Origin: Mobula hypostoma
Taxonomy: Eukaryota
Length of the DNA: 64,000 nucleotides
Assembly (NCBI RefSeq): GCF_963921235.1
Contig: NC_086108.1
Coordinates: 37,202,001-37,266,000 of the forward strand
Reading direction: 5' to 3'
Shown here: one piece after another, positions 24,103 to 35,552 of the stretch
How the letters are laid out: every line of letters begins with the position of its first letter
How positions within the stretch are numbered: the first letter of the stretch is position 1
Program-made: the position numbers and the translations under genes
Notes under the pieces: model-generated
Told to the model about the DNA's origin: nothing
Database searches by the model: none
What the model saw: the letters and a program-made list of their open reading frames with translations, nothing else

Positions 24103-27100
24103 CCCTACCTTTTAATGAAATGGGTCTATCAGGAACACATGAATCAGATTACAGTGAAAATACTTATTGTAATAAAAAATTGTGGCTGATATTTCTTTCC
24201 GGAGAAACAGAAGGGTCTTGGCCCTTTATTCTAGCCTGGGATCTCTGTAGACCCACGATGGAGGGAGCAACCACAGACGAGAGAGAGCAAAAGGTATTCT
24301 TTAGCCTTGTGTCTTATTTCCCATTTGAAATGAATGAATAGTGATCTTAAGGCAGATTTCATCGCCACAGAAGATTTGAGAGAGATAATTACCAAAGAAG
24401 GGTATGCAAAAAAAAAAAAGACAGTGGAACATTTTTTTGCTGTCTCTCTTTGGGCTTTCGCATCTGAAGGCTTTCCGGATATTGTTTTTGGACAGCAGCC
24501 AGAAAGAACTGAGACCAACCACAGTTTCTGTTGCTATAGCTCACTCAGACCAACTGGAATAGCTCAGTTTCTGTCCTGAGTCTTAAGTTCAAACCCTGAA
24601 CATAAGCTAGCCTGCAGCAAGGGCAAATTACCCACAATTTCCAGCAGCTTAAATCAATGTAGCAGTATCGCCTTAGGATAATTTCTGTCCACATCTGTAT
24701 GGAGGAAGGCAAAACAGTTGTCCCAGTACACTTACCAACCACAATAACAGGTATGGAATAGAATATCTTATGAAATACACAATCATGTCCTTTATTTAGA
24801 ACAGATATAACAGTTTCTATGTGCTTCTAGTTTGTAGTGGTACAAAGTGGAACTCCTCTGGAGACTGACTTAAAAAGTGCGGTGTGAATTCTCCAAGTTA
24901 CATTCTCAATGACAATATAGGGTACCTGAAATAGTTTATATGACCTTATATGTTATTGTACTTGTTTCCTACACTACAGGATACAGTTGCTCTTTATTTT
25001 TACCATGAAGTTCCTTTATCATGTAGGAACTTTGACTATCTATCCCCCAATATGCTCAACCAAGGCATTTCTGTGCCATATCGCTGCACCCTGATTTAGC
25101 AATTGACTCCTTTTAAAACAAGATTTAGTTCTGATGAATACACTCCTAGATGCCTTGTTTGGTTCTCTTTCAAGTCTCCACTCCATCTAATGGTAAACTG
25201 TATCCTTCTCACCAAGCTTCCTTTCCCTCCTTATTTCCTAAGATCACCCTAACGTACCACTAGCTACCAATCTTCCCAATTCCAAGGACCCCATCATCAC
25301 AAGTGAGACCAACCTTTTCAATACCAACCCATGCCCCAGCAGCTGCCAGTTTCCCCTTTCCTACTGTCTCACTGATCAGTTTATCCACCCATTTGACCCA
25401 ATTTACCTTCCACTCCATTACCCTAATGCCATAGTCTGGACTTTTGTTGCACTTGCCACCCCTACTCTCCGTCCAAGCCCTCAAAACCTAAATCCATTGG
25501 ATTTCCTTTGTTTGATCCACAATGACAGACCAGGCTGCTTCATTTCCCACCAACCCATGCATGAACAAAGTATTTTCTGGTGTGCCTAAACTGACTTTTG
25601 AACCGTACCTGAACAAGTGCAATTCACTTTCAAGATATTGCATCATTAATTAGATGTCGTGGCATATTTTTCCTTCAGTTTTATCTGTATTTACAGAACT
25701 GTGTGAACATATCTCTTTGAAACACTTAATTTTAATATGGACTGAATTATACAATAATTCTCATGTTTCTGCCAGATATCCAATGTACAAGCTTCACTGG
25801 TTTTAATTATGCAACAGAAATTCAGAGAGAGCTCCTCTAGGACATTCACCAAAAACATTCATTTAAATGTTGGGCATAAATTGTCTTTTTTTTTGTGTCT
25901 GGCCAGTTGAATAATTTACCAACCATATGGCCAGAAAATTAGGAATCTAAGTATTGATTATGCAAGTGTACCAGTTGTCTAGAAGCCATTTATAAAACAA
26001 TAATCTTTTAACAATATTAGTAATTTTAATTCTATTAACACTACAAAGCATAACACTCAGAAGTGTAGGTGTATTTAATATTATTTCTTTGACAGGCTAG
26101 CACTGATTTTTTTTTTAGTGATCACATAGTGATCCTGCTCCCAGGATAATGAAACATGTTTTCACTGGAGCACATATTCACAATCAAACCTTCATATTAG
26201 TCTGAGGCAAATTGATACCTTAGCTGGATACTAAGATAAGAAATTAAAATATTTTAAATCCATGCACTGGTAGACATATTTTCTGAGGATGAGGGGTTCA
26301 AATCTGCCTAAAGAAAAAGAAGTCTAATCTTTTTGGACTTGATTTTCTGCATCATTTTCTTAGTAGCAGCAAAGAGCTTGTTGCCAATATCTTTACTTCA
26401 GGTTAAACTTTCCAGATTTGTTTTCCATCCACCCTTTACTCCCTGCTGCATGATTCCAGGGAAATATTCTTCCTGAGCAACTTGCTTGGAAATCTCAATT
26501 CCCACTTTATTTCAACGAAAGCCATTCCTCTGTAAACATGTCAATTACTTTCTCCCCTCTTGCCTGTCATTATTACCTCGGTTCCTCGTTAAGGCAACAT
26601 GAAGGAAATTTTCTTGGCTGTATGGACGTGAGTCACATCAAAGCTGTTATTTGACTGTTTGACAGTAAGTACATTTGTGCAGGTCGCCAATAGCTTTGGC
26701 AGCTGTGGCTGTTCCTAAGTGAACTGCTCTATTACCATGCAGAGCTGCGTCTACAAGCCTGATCTTAAGATCCAGAAATCTGCCTAATGAGGAGAAATGA
26801 GGCGGAACGGTGCATAAGGTTAGAGTTTGATCTTACAGCTTTTCTAAGCTCAAATCTCTGTTGCTACTGAGCAACATTTTTATTAACTTACTGCTTATTC
26901 CAAATAGGTTGAAAAAGCCATTGTGTCAGAAACATTTTATTTGTCACCAGTCTCTGTTGGATTGGGGGTAGGATGCTGAAGGGAATCAGGTTGTATTCCA
27001 CTTGGGATTACATGCCAAAATACCAGTTTAGGAGTTCCTTAACCAATCTAATTGCAGAATTTAATTTCCTCTGTCTCAAAGTCAGTGTTGGAGTTCTCCA

Positions 27101-27719
27101 GATATTTGAAAGATAGAGAATAAAATGAAACAGTAACTTTTCTAATGGGAACTATTAGAATCTTTTAACCTTCTATTGTTAAATTTGCATGAGTAGTATG
27201 GAGGCAAAACTTGATAGTTTCTGGAAACAGGTACTTGATTGCAATTCCTGATTAGCATAAGAATTTAAGAAACAGGAGAAAGAATTGCCCACTCAACTGC
27301 TCAGCTATGTTCCACCATGCAAAAGGATTGCAGCCAATCTATTCTTGGTCTCAGCAACAGATTTCCCACACTCTCCCCATAATGCTTGATTCTCTTGCTG
27401 TTCAAGTGTTCATCAGTCTCCACCATGAATATAAATCAGTGATTATACCTCCCTCCACTGGTCTGTAGGGCAGAGAATTCCAAAAAGGAGAAATCTTCCC
27501 CATCTCACCCTTAAATAGACCATCCCTTTTTGTGAACCTCTGACCTCTGGCTCTGGTCAACCACACCACTGGAAACAATGCCACTTAATTCTGCATTGTC
27601 TCTGAGTATTCACTCTGTCAACCAATCTCAAGTTTCAGAGAGATCATCTCATCTCTCACCTTCTGAACTCTAAAGAATATAGACCCTCATCAACCCTATG
27701 TCTCTTTAGCCCAGAATAT

Positions 27720-27912
27720 AGTTCCAGTGGCTCAAAAGAGGGGAGCCATGGAGTCATAAGTAGCTAGCCATCTGGACACAAGCTGGGGTCTGATCAGCCC
27801 CGGCTGGGTCACCTGGAGGAGGTTGTATGATGTTGAAAGACCTGAAACACCCGATGATTCCAGGAACATCACTGAAGATGTGTCCAGAAGCATCAATAGA
27901 TGTATGTACACA
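27720..27912 (+). mobile_element. 3' end of a HERO/ReO6-like (RLE-type) non-LTR retrotransposon inserted in a degraded CR1
   Basis: Encodes FQWLKRGEPWSHK* (27722-27763), resembling the WLWLKR..PW C-terminus of HERO-type ORFs, followed by a structured 3' UTR. Family call is from recalled similarity, not a search. Confidence 0.55.
27771..27888 (+). ncRNA. Candidate non-circularly permuted hammerhead ribozyme
   Basis: Core strands GUA (27825-27827), GAAAC (27844-27848) and CUGAAGA (27872-27878), with six complementary helices; see findings. Confidence 0.7.
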
Positions 27913-28589
27913 GCTTCATTGCTTCCAATGAAAGTATACCCTTCCTTAAATGTGGACAATAAAACACCAGCATCCTGTAATGTAGCTTCAAATCTTCCCT
28001 ATTCTATATTCGTTGCAGTCAAGATCCCAACATCCTATTTGTTTTTCTAATTACTTGCTGTCATTGCATGCTGACTCTGTATTTTATGTATGAGAACCCC
28101 CTGATCCCTTAGTATTGAAACATTCTGTATTCAGTTCCCAGCCTTGGTCATCTTGCAATCATATCTCTGTAGTGTTTATAAGATCATACCCATTTATATT
28201 CATTTGTGTTGTTAACTCAGCTATTTTGTTATACAATATGTGTGCAGTCAGATAAAGAGTATTGTCTCATCATTTTTCATTTATCTCACTCTATTTGCTG
28301 GTGAAGTCTCATACCTGTAGACTCTTCTTCACTGATTATTGTTTCCCTGGTTGTTGCCCTCTGCATTTTTGCTTTCTGTTTCTCTTGCTTAACATCTCTT
28401 CACCTGAGCCCCTTTATTCTATCTGCATCATAGCCTTTCTCCTTTCTGATTTCAGTCTTAGGTTCCCATTCTAATTACAGTTTCCCAGCTCCTCACCGAC
28501 CCAGAAGTCCTACCGAACAACACTATCAAAACTGCCTCTGACCAGATTTGTCCCATTCCCATTATGATGTAACCACCTGGCTTGCAACA

Positions 28590-29222
28590 GTCTCTGTTGC
28601 TATAGGGATTGAGTTTAAGAGCAGGAAGGTGAATCTGCAATTGTACAGGGTACTGGTGAGACCACATCTGGAGTATTGCATGCAGTTCTCGTCTCCTGAC
28701 TTGAGGAAGGATAGACTGGCTTTGGAAGAAGTGCAGAGGATGTTCACCAGGTTGATTCCAGAGATGAGGGGGTTAGACTATGAGGAGAGATTGAATCGCT
28801 TGGGACTTCAGTCACTGGAATTCAGAAGGATGAGAGGAGACGTATAAACGTATAAAATTATGAAAGGGATAGATAAGATAGAGGCAGGAAAGTTGTTTCC
28901 ACTGGTAGGTGAGACTACAGTAGAACTAGGGGACATAGCCTCAAGATTTGGTGGAGTAAATTTAGGATGGAGATGAGGAGGAGCTGCTTTTCCCAAAGAG
29001 TAATGAATTTGTGGAACTCTCTGCCCAATGAAGCAGTGGAGGCTATCTCAGTTAATATATTTAAGACAAGGTTGGATAGATTTTTGCATAATAGGGGAAC
29101 TGAGGGTTATGGGGAAAAGGCAGGTAGGTGGAGATGATCGGCCATGATCTTATTGAATGGCGGTGCAGGCTTGACGGGCCAGATGGCCCACTCCTGCTCC
29201 TATTTCTTATATTCTTATGTTG
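28590..29222 (+). mobile_element. CR1 LINE 3' fragment
   Basis: LYRVLVRPHLEYCMQF..LEEVQRMFTRLIPEMRGL; ends CCTATTTCTTATATTCTTATG. Confidence 0.88.
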
Positions 29223-31571
29223 CCCAAGAGCTGATTCTAGTTCCTCTGGAATCTAATGCCTTCTCTTCTACACATTCTCCAGCCACACACTCATCTTCTT
29301 TAGCATCCTATTTCTGTACTCACGAACACAAGACTCTGGTAGTAACTTGGATATTGCTACCTTTGAGGTCCTGCTTATTAACCTCTTTCTTATTTTCCAT
29401 ATCTCTGCCTGTTGGACATGATCCCTTTGAACATTAAAACACAGCACAGGCCCTTCAGCCCCTTCTGTTATGCGATCTTTAACCTACTCTAGTCATAGGC
29501 AGCCATTGATCCCAGGGACTGTGTCCTCTCCGGGGCGCAAGCCTGGGTGGGAAGATTTGAATAACCAGCTGTTGCCTATGCAGCAGGTTCCCCCTCTTCA
29601 CGTCACTGATGTAGTCCAAGGGAAGGGCAAGTGTAGTATCGTTGCAGAGATTGCTAGAGTAAAGTTGCAAACAACATCAAACTGCCAAAGGGGCCTACTC
29701 TAAGATGAATTTAACCCTTCTTCCCGCATAGCCTTCCACTTTTCTATCATCTATATGTCTATCTAAAAGTTTCTACCTCTGTCACCACCCCTGGCAGCAT
29801 GTTCCATGAACCCACCACTTTATATGTAAAAACCTTACTGCTGACATCCCCTCTATACTTTCCTCCAATCATTTTAAAATTATGCACCTGTGCCGAGTCA
29901 TTGACAAAAATGGTTTGAACCCAAATGCTGGGGTATCCTAGAAACTCACACACAAAATGCTGGAGGAACTCAGCAGGCCAGGCAGCATCTACGGAAAAAA
30001 GTAGTTGATGTTTCAGGTCGAAACCCATATTCTGGAGAGTTAGGCCATCTAAACCCCAGAAGCTGACATATTTAGGTGCCTGTTGGTATAGGACCCCTTC
30101 CCCTATGGCTGACTCTTGATGGCCCTGGCTGCTTAGAGAGAGAAGATTGTAGTCATGAATGAGAGCCGGATCCAAGATGTTCCTTTCAGGAACTCAGCAC
30201 TGTTCCCCAGGTCCAAATCCTTCCCAGTCAACAAGGAACTGCCGAACACCTCAATCAGTTCATGAATCCAAAATTCTTCTCACAGTGAAGACCTGTTCCC
30301 CATCGGTAAACCTGGGTGGTGTTGGTGGGGCTAAGGGGCTGATGCAGACAGGTTTTAAATCGGTAATGTGGAAAGTGGGATTGATCTCAAAGGTCTTGGA
30401 GAGCTGCAAGGTGTAAGCCATTGGGTTTACTTTCCTGAGAATCCTGAAGAGTCCAATAAACCAGTGCCAATTTCCTGACTCCACGTGGAGAGGCAAATCC
30501 TGAGTCAACAGCCAGACCTGTTACCCAGGCTGCAAAACTGGTCCCTGTCTTCTCTTGTGGTTAGGCTTTAATTCAGCCTTCTGGGTTGAAGCTAACAAAA
30601 TCTCCCTTGCCCTAGACCGTTTCTCCTAGCAGTGTTAGACTTGATCTTCATCTGCAGGGACCCCAACCTCAGCCTCTTGCTCAGGGAAGAGGGGCGTAGA
30701 ATACCCAAACTGGCATTTGAAAGGGGACATCCCATGCACTGAATGTAGTGTTGTGGATAACCTCGGCCCACATCAAATGGTAGCACCACTTGCTCAGTCT
30801 TTCAGAGGCCAGGCACCTTAGGGTTCATTCCAAATCTTGGTTCTGCTGCTCCATCTGGGCGTTATACTGTGGGTGAAACCCAAAGGAAAGACTTGCTGTT
30901 GGCCCAATCAGCTTACAAAACACCCTCCAAAAACACGATGTGAATTGCGGACCACAATCCCACGTAATGTCCACTGGAAAACCATGGATCCTGAAGACCT
31001 GGTTTTGGATGGTAATCTGTCAAAGGCGATGAATTTATGGGCCTTAAAAAAAAATACACATTTACCATGGTAATGGTCTTTTCCTTGGAAGGAGGAAGAC
31101 CTGTGACAAAGTCCATGGAGACTGAGCCCATGGTCTGTGGGGAAAGGCAGAGGGTGAAGAAATTCTTGAGGTTGGGTGCGGGCTCCTTGTTTCAGGTGCA
31201 CATCTTGCATGCCTGCACATATTGATGGATCTCCCTCGCCATTCCAGGCCACCAGTATCTTCTCTTAATGTTCCCAAGGGTCCTAGCAATCCCTGGCTGA
31301 GCTGTCATTCTCAATGCCCATTGAAGAACCTAAGCCTGGATGGGACTCGGAATTAACAGCCGACCCAGAGCGTAATTCTGAGGAATCTCCCTTTGTGCCT
31401 GGGCCTCATGAACAAGTCTGTCAATACCCCAACAAGCTGGTGCTATTACCTTGGTTTGGGGCAAAACATTAGTAAGCTGCTTCTCTCATTCGGGTTCATC
31501 GAACTGTTGGGACAAAGCATCTAGTTTGGAGTTCTTAGATCCTGGTCGATAGGTCAGAATGAAATTAAAAC

Positions 31572-31998
31572 AGCTATAGTCTATGATCAGAGATTAAGGG
31601 AGCTAGGGCTTTACTCTTTGAAGAGAAGGAGGATGAGAGGAGACCTGATAGAGGTGTACAAGATAATAAGAGGAATAGATAGAGTGGATAGCCAGTGCCT
31701 CTTCCCCAGTGCACCACTGCTCAATACAAGAAGACATGGCTTTAAGATAAGGAGTGGGAAGTTCAAGGGGGATATTAGAGGAAGGTTTTTTACTCAGAGA
31801 GTGGTTGGTGCGTGGAATGCACTGCCTGAGTCAGTGGTGGAGGCAGATACACTAGTGAAGTTTAAGAGACTGCTAGACAGGTATATAGAGGAATTTAAGG
31901 TGAGGGCTTATATGGGAGGCAGGGTTTGAGGGTTGGCACAGCATTGTGGGCTGAAGGGCCTGTACTGTGCTGTATTATTCTATGTTCTATGTTCTATG
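31572..31998 (+). mobile_element. CR1 3' fragment nested in the sushi-like pol
   Basis: RRMRGDLIEVYKII..FFTQRVVGAWNALP; (TTCTATG)n tail; candidate TSD TTAAAAC (31565-31571 and 31999-32005). Confidence 0.88.
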
Positions 31999-33269
31999 TT
32001 AAAACCGCCTGGCCTGCCTGTCTCTTTTTCTCCTAAATATAAGCCAGATTCTTGTGGTCTGTCCATACGATGGCTTCCTCAAGCCAGTGATGCCATTTCT
32101 CCAGACCCAACTTGACTGCGGGCAGCTGCCTTATTCTAATGTCGTAGTTCACCTCTGCTGTGGATAGCTGCCCGGACAAGAATGCATACAGATGCTGTTT
32201 ATTGTCTGAGGTGTCATTAGATACAACACTGCACCACTCTGGCGTCTGAGGTATCGACCTCCACAATGAAGGGAAGGTCCGGGTTAGGTGCAACCAAAAT
32301 GGGAGCTGTTGTGAACTGCTGTTTGAGCACTGTGAAAGCAGCCTCCACATTGGTAGTCCAAACAGAAGGGCCCATGGATCTCTTGGTTAGTGCTGTCAGT
32401 GAAGCTGCCACTGAGATAAAGTTTCTGATGAACTTTCAATAAAAGTTGGCAAGCTGAAGAAATTGTCAGACTTGTTTCACACTGATTGGTTATGCCCAAT
32501 CTCTGACTACTGGAGTCTGACTAGCGTCCATCTTGAGATTGCCATTAGGGATGACGAGAGCCAAAAATAAAATGGTGGTTATGTGAAATTCGGACTTCTC
32601 CAGCTTGACATAACGTCCATGAACAAAAAGCCTTTCCAGAGTATCTCTGATGTGAGTGATGTGCAGTCATCCAAGTAGACACAGGCTTATTTATGGAGAG
32701 CATGTCATTTATAAAGGCCCGGAAAACTGCAGCCGTGTTCACAAGGCCAAAGGGCATGACCAGGTATTCATAGTGCCCTGTCGGTGTCTTGAAAACTGTC
32801 TTCCACTCGTCACTCTCCTTAATGCAAACCAGATTGTACGCATGCTGCAACTCTAGCTGTGACAATACTCTTGCCCTTTGGGGAATCTCGAAGGAAGGGT
32901 TCATGAGTGGAAGACAACAATGATTCTTGACCGTTATGCAATTCAACTTTCTATAATCAATGCATGGCCACAGGACCCCATCTTTTTTCTGTATGAAGAA
33001 GAAAACAGCACCAGTTTGAGAGGTGGAGAGCTGAATGAATCCCAGGGCAAGAGCCTCCTTTATACACTCCTCCATAGCTCTTCTCTCTGGACCTGAGAGC
33101 GTGTATATTCGACCTCGCGGAGGACAAGTACCAGGTAGTAGATATATTGCACAGTCATAGGGGTGGTGTAGTGGAAGAATCGAGCCCTTTCTCTTGCTAA
33201 AGACCTCTTCCAAATCCTTGTAGATGGAAGGTATTTCTACAGGCTTGGGAGCTGCAATTATCCCAAAAC

Positions 33270-33367
33270 AACACACATAAAAGTTGCTGGTGAACGCAGC
33301 AGGTCAGGCAGCATCTCTAGGAAGAGGTGCAGTCGACGTTTCAGACCGAGACCCTTCGTCAGGACAT
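33270..33367 (-). mobile_element. 98-bp PLE terminal fragment containing a minimal hammerhead
   Basis: 12-bp TSD TTATCCCAAAAC (33258-33269 and 33368-33379). Minus strand reads GTC-CTGACGA-AGGGTCTCGGTCT-GAAAC-GTC-GAC. Confidence 0.85.
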
Positions 33368-35552
33368 TTATCCCAAAACCTTCCTCTAGCGACAACTCCT
33401 GAGGCTCCTTAGGTAGCAAGGGTGATTTGGCAGACCCCAGGGTCTTCTCCAAGGGTTCATTAGAGACTTCAGTTGAAACAGAGGGTAAATCACAGTTCAA
33501 GTCCTCGTCCGTATCCTCAGACATTGGCAGTGAGGCTCAACAAATGGTCCCTGTGCTCCTGGGACTAGGCTTCAAGGGTCTCTGTTTTGAAGCCTTCCCC
33601 TTAGATGGGACCTGTAACTGGAGCTCTTTGGCTTCAACTGCTTGGGTACTTCCTTGGTTTGCTCCTGAACTAGAGATCCTCTTTCTCCAGTTCCAGTGCA
33701 CCCCTGACTGCCTAGGGTCGGGATGTGCATGGGCCTGTTGGCTGGAGCTGGCTTGTCTCCCCTTGAAGGTAGAACTGGGTTTCTTGAAGGTTCCAAGTTA
33801 CCCTGAACAGAAGTCTGCCCCCTCGTCGGCCAATAGTCTCGGAAGAGACTAGGGGTCGAAGCACCAAGCCAAAAACATACTTCTTGCAGCGAGTGGACCA
33901 TGCAATGATCCTCCTTTCCTTCTAGTTTATGGAAGGGTTATGCTGGGACACCCAATGGTGCCCGACAATCAGGGGTATGTGAGGAGACTGAATGATATAG
34001 AAACTAATGTCCTCTGCATAATCCTCATCCACAAGACGTGTGTCTGCTGCTGGTTCTGCCCGGAACCAAGCGGATGTCCATCCAGGACAGTTGCGGGCAT
34101 GGACTGGTTCACCTTCTGCGGCGGTGTGTTGAGCTAACAGGCGGTCCCCAAGTCCAGGAAATTTCTAGCTGCCCTAGAGTTCAAAAAAGCATTCACCTCT
34201 CGTTGGTTCATATCCCAGGATATCTCAGCCCTCAGCATGACACCAAAATCCAAGAGGTTAGGAGTAGTGACTGCTACTGTCACAGTCCCCCAACACTGGA
34301 TGGTTTTAGCAGTCTTCCCGATGGCTGCAACTTTGGACAATCAGCCTGCAGGTGACCTGCTTCCCCACAGTAAAAGCAGCAACCTCGACTCCAACATCGG
34401 AACCTCTCATCAGTGCAGATTCTTATGCGGCCGATTTTCATGGGCTAGATGGAATTCTGAGCAGGATACGGGCCGGTCATGGTCCGAGATCGGGGATTGG
34501 AACTAGGATGCATTGAGGCTGGGCTCGGCCTAGTTCTCTTCAACCTCTTGATATAGTCCCACTTATGCTCCACCATGGAGATGAATAAATTGGTCGACCA
34601 GACCCTCTAAGTCCTCTTTTGGCTTCCCGAGGTTGGGAGCATTCTTCAGTTTGTCTTGAGTCCATGGCAGTATAGAGTGGCCAAGACCTCCCTGTTCCAG
34701 CCATTCTCCTGGGGTATCTGAAATTCAATAACAAAGCTGGCCGTTGACTATCCGCCCTATTGAATCTTCATCCGGCAGTCCAAGCCTCAGTTGGCTCCAG
34801 CAGGATGATGGAACACCTTCCTCATGGCAGCCATGACTTCCTCCGAATCCGAGTAAACCTCCAACCTTTGTTCCCAATGCATGGTGGCCCAGGCCAGGGC
34901 TCTTCCAGTCAGAAGAGAGATAATGAAGGCCACCTTTCCGTACTCTGAAGGGAACTGGGACAGCTGAAGTTTGAACACTAATGAGCATTGAATGAGGATG
35001 AGCCCGGGTCACTGTCAAATCTCTCCAGGGTTGGAAGATATACTGGTACTGCAGTGGGACCGACTGGCTCTCCCAAGCAGCTTTGTATTCCTCCTTGCAA
35101 AAGCTGACCAATAGCTACCTGGATTTCGCGTATCTCCAGGCTCTGTCTGGGAATATTTTTGCTGTGGCTGGTCATAGCGGAAGAAAGACTCTGATACCCC
35201 ACTGGTTCCATACTGACTCAATCGTACCGTGCCCAGAGTTGTTGACGAGGATGGTTTGGACCCAAATGCTGTAATATCTGAGGCTAGGATCGAGACATGG
35301 TATCAAACTGGATTGAGAACTGAGCACAAAACAAAGACTAGACAATATCACTAGTAGGGCTTACAACTCAGCACTGAGGCTCTGTTCAGATGCTCTTTGA
35401 ATACACAATTTTTGGTGCCCAAGGCATGAGTGACAATTAGCCGGACGGTTCTGAATCTTTAAAAGGGGCTATGCCAGCTAGCCATATCCTGGAGAGTTAG
35501 AGTGTCTAAACCCCCAAAGCTGGTACGGTTGGCTGCAACTTGTAAAAGCACC

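Larger units (their letters stand above)
29889..35547 (-). mobile_element. Decayed Tf1/sushi-type (chromodomain) Gypsy LTR retrotransposon
   Basis: TSD GCACC (29884-29888 and 35548-35552); 5' LTR 35228-35547; damaged 3' LTR 29889-30090; PPT GGGGAAGGGG (~30094-30103). Motifs: gag KVAFIISLLTGRALAWA, CFYCGEAGHLQADC knuckle, RT FKTPTGHYEYLVMPFGL, RNase[21 protein letters not shown], chromodomain DGEQVFTVRRILDS. Many frameshifts. Confidence 0.9.

Noticed and set aside
26416..26627. Possible exon bounded by CAG and GTGAGT
   Set aside because: No reading frame is open across the whole interval.
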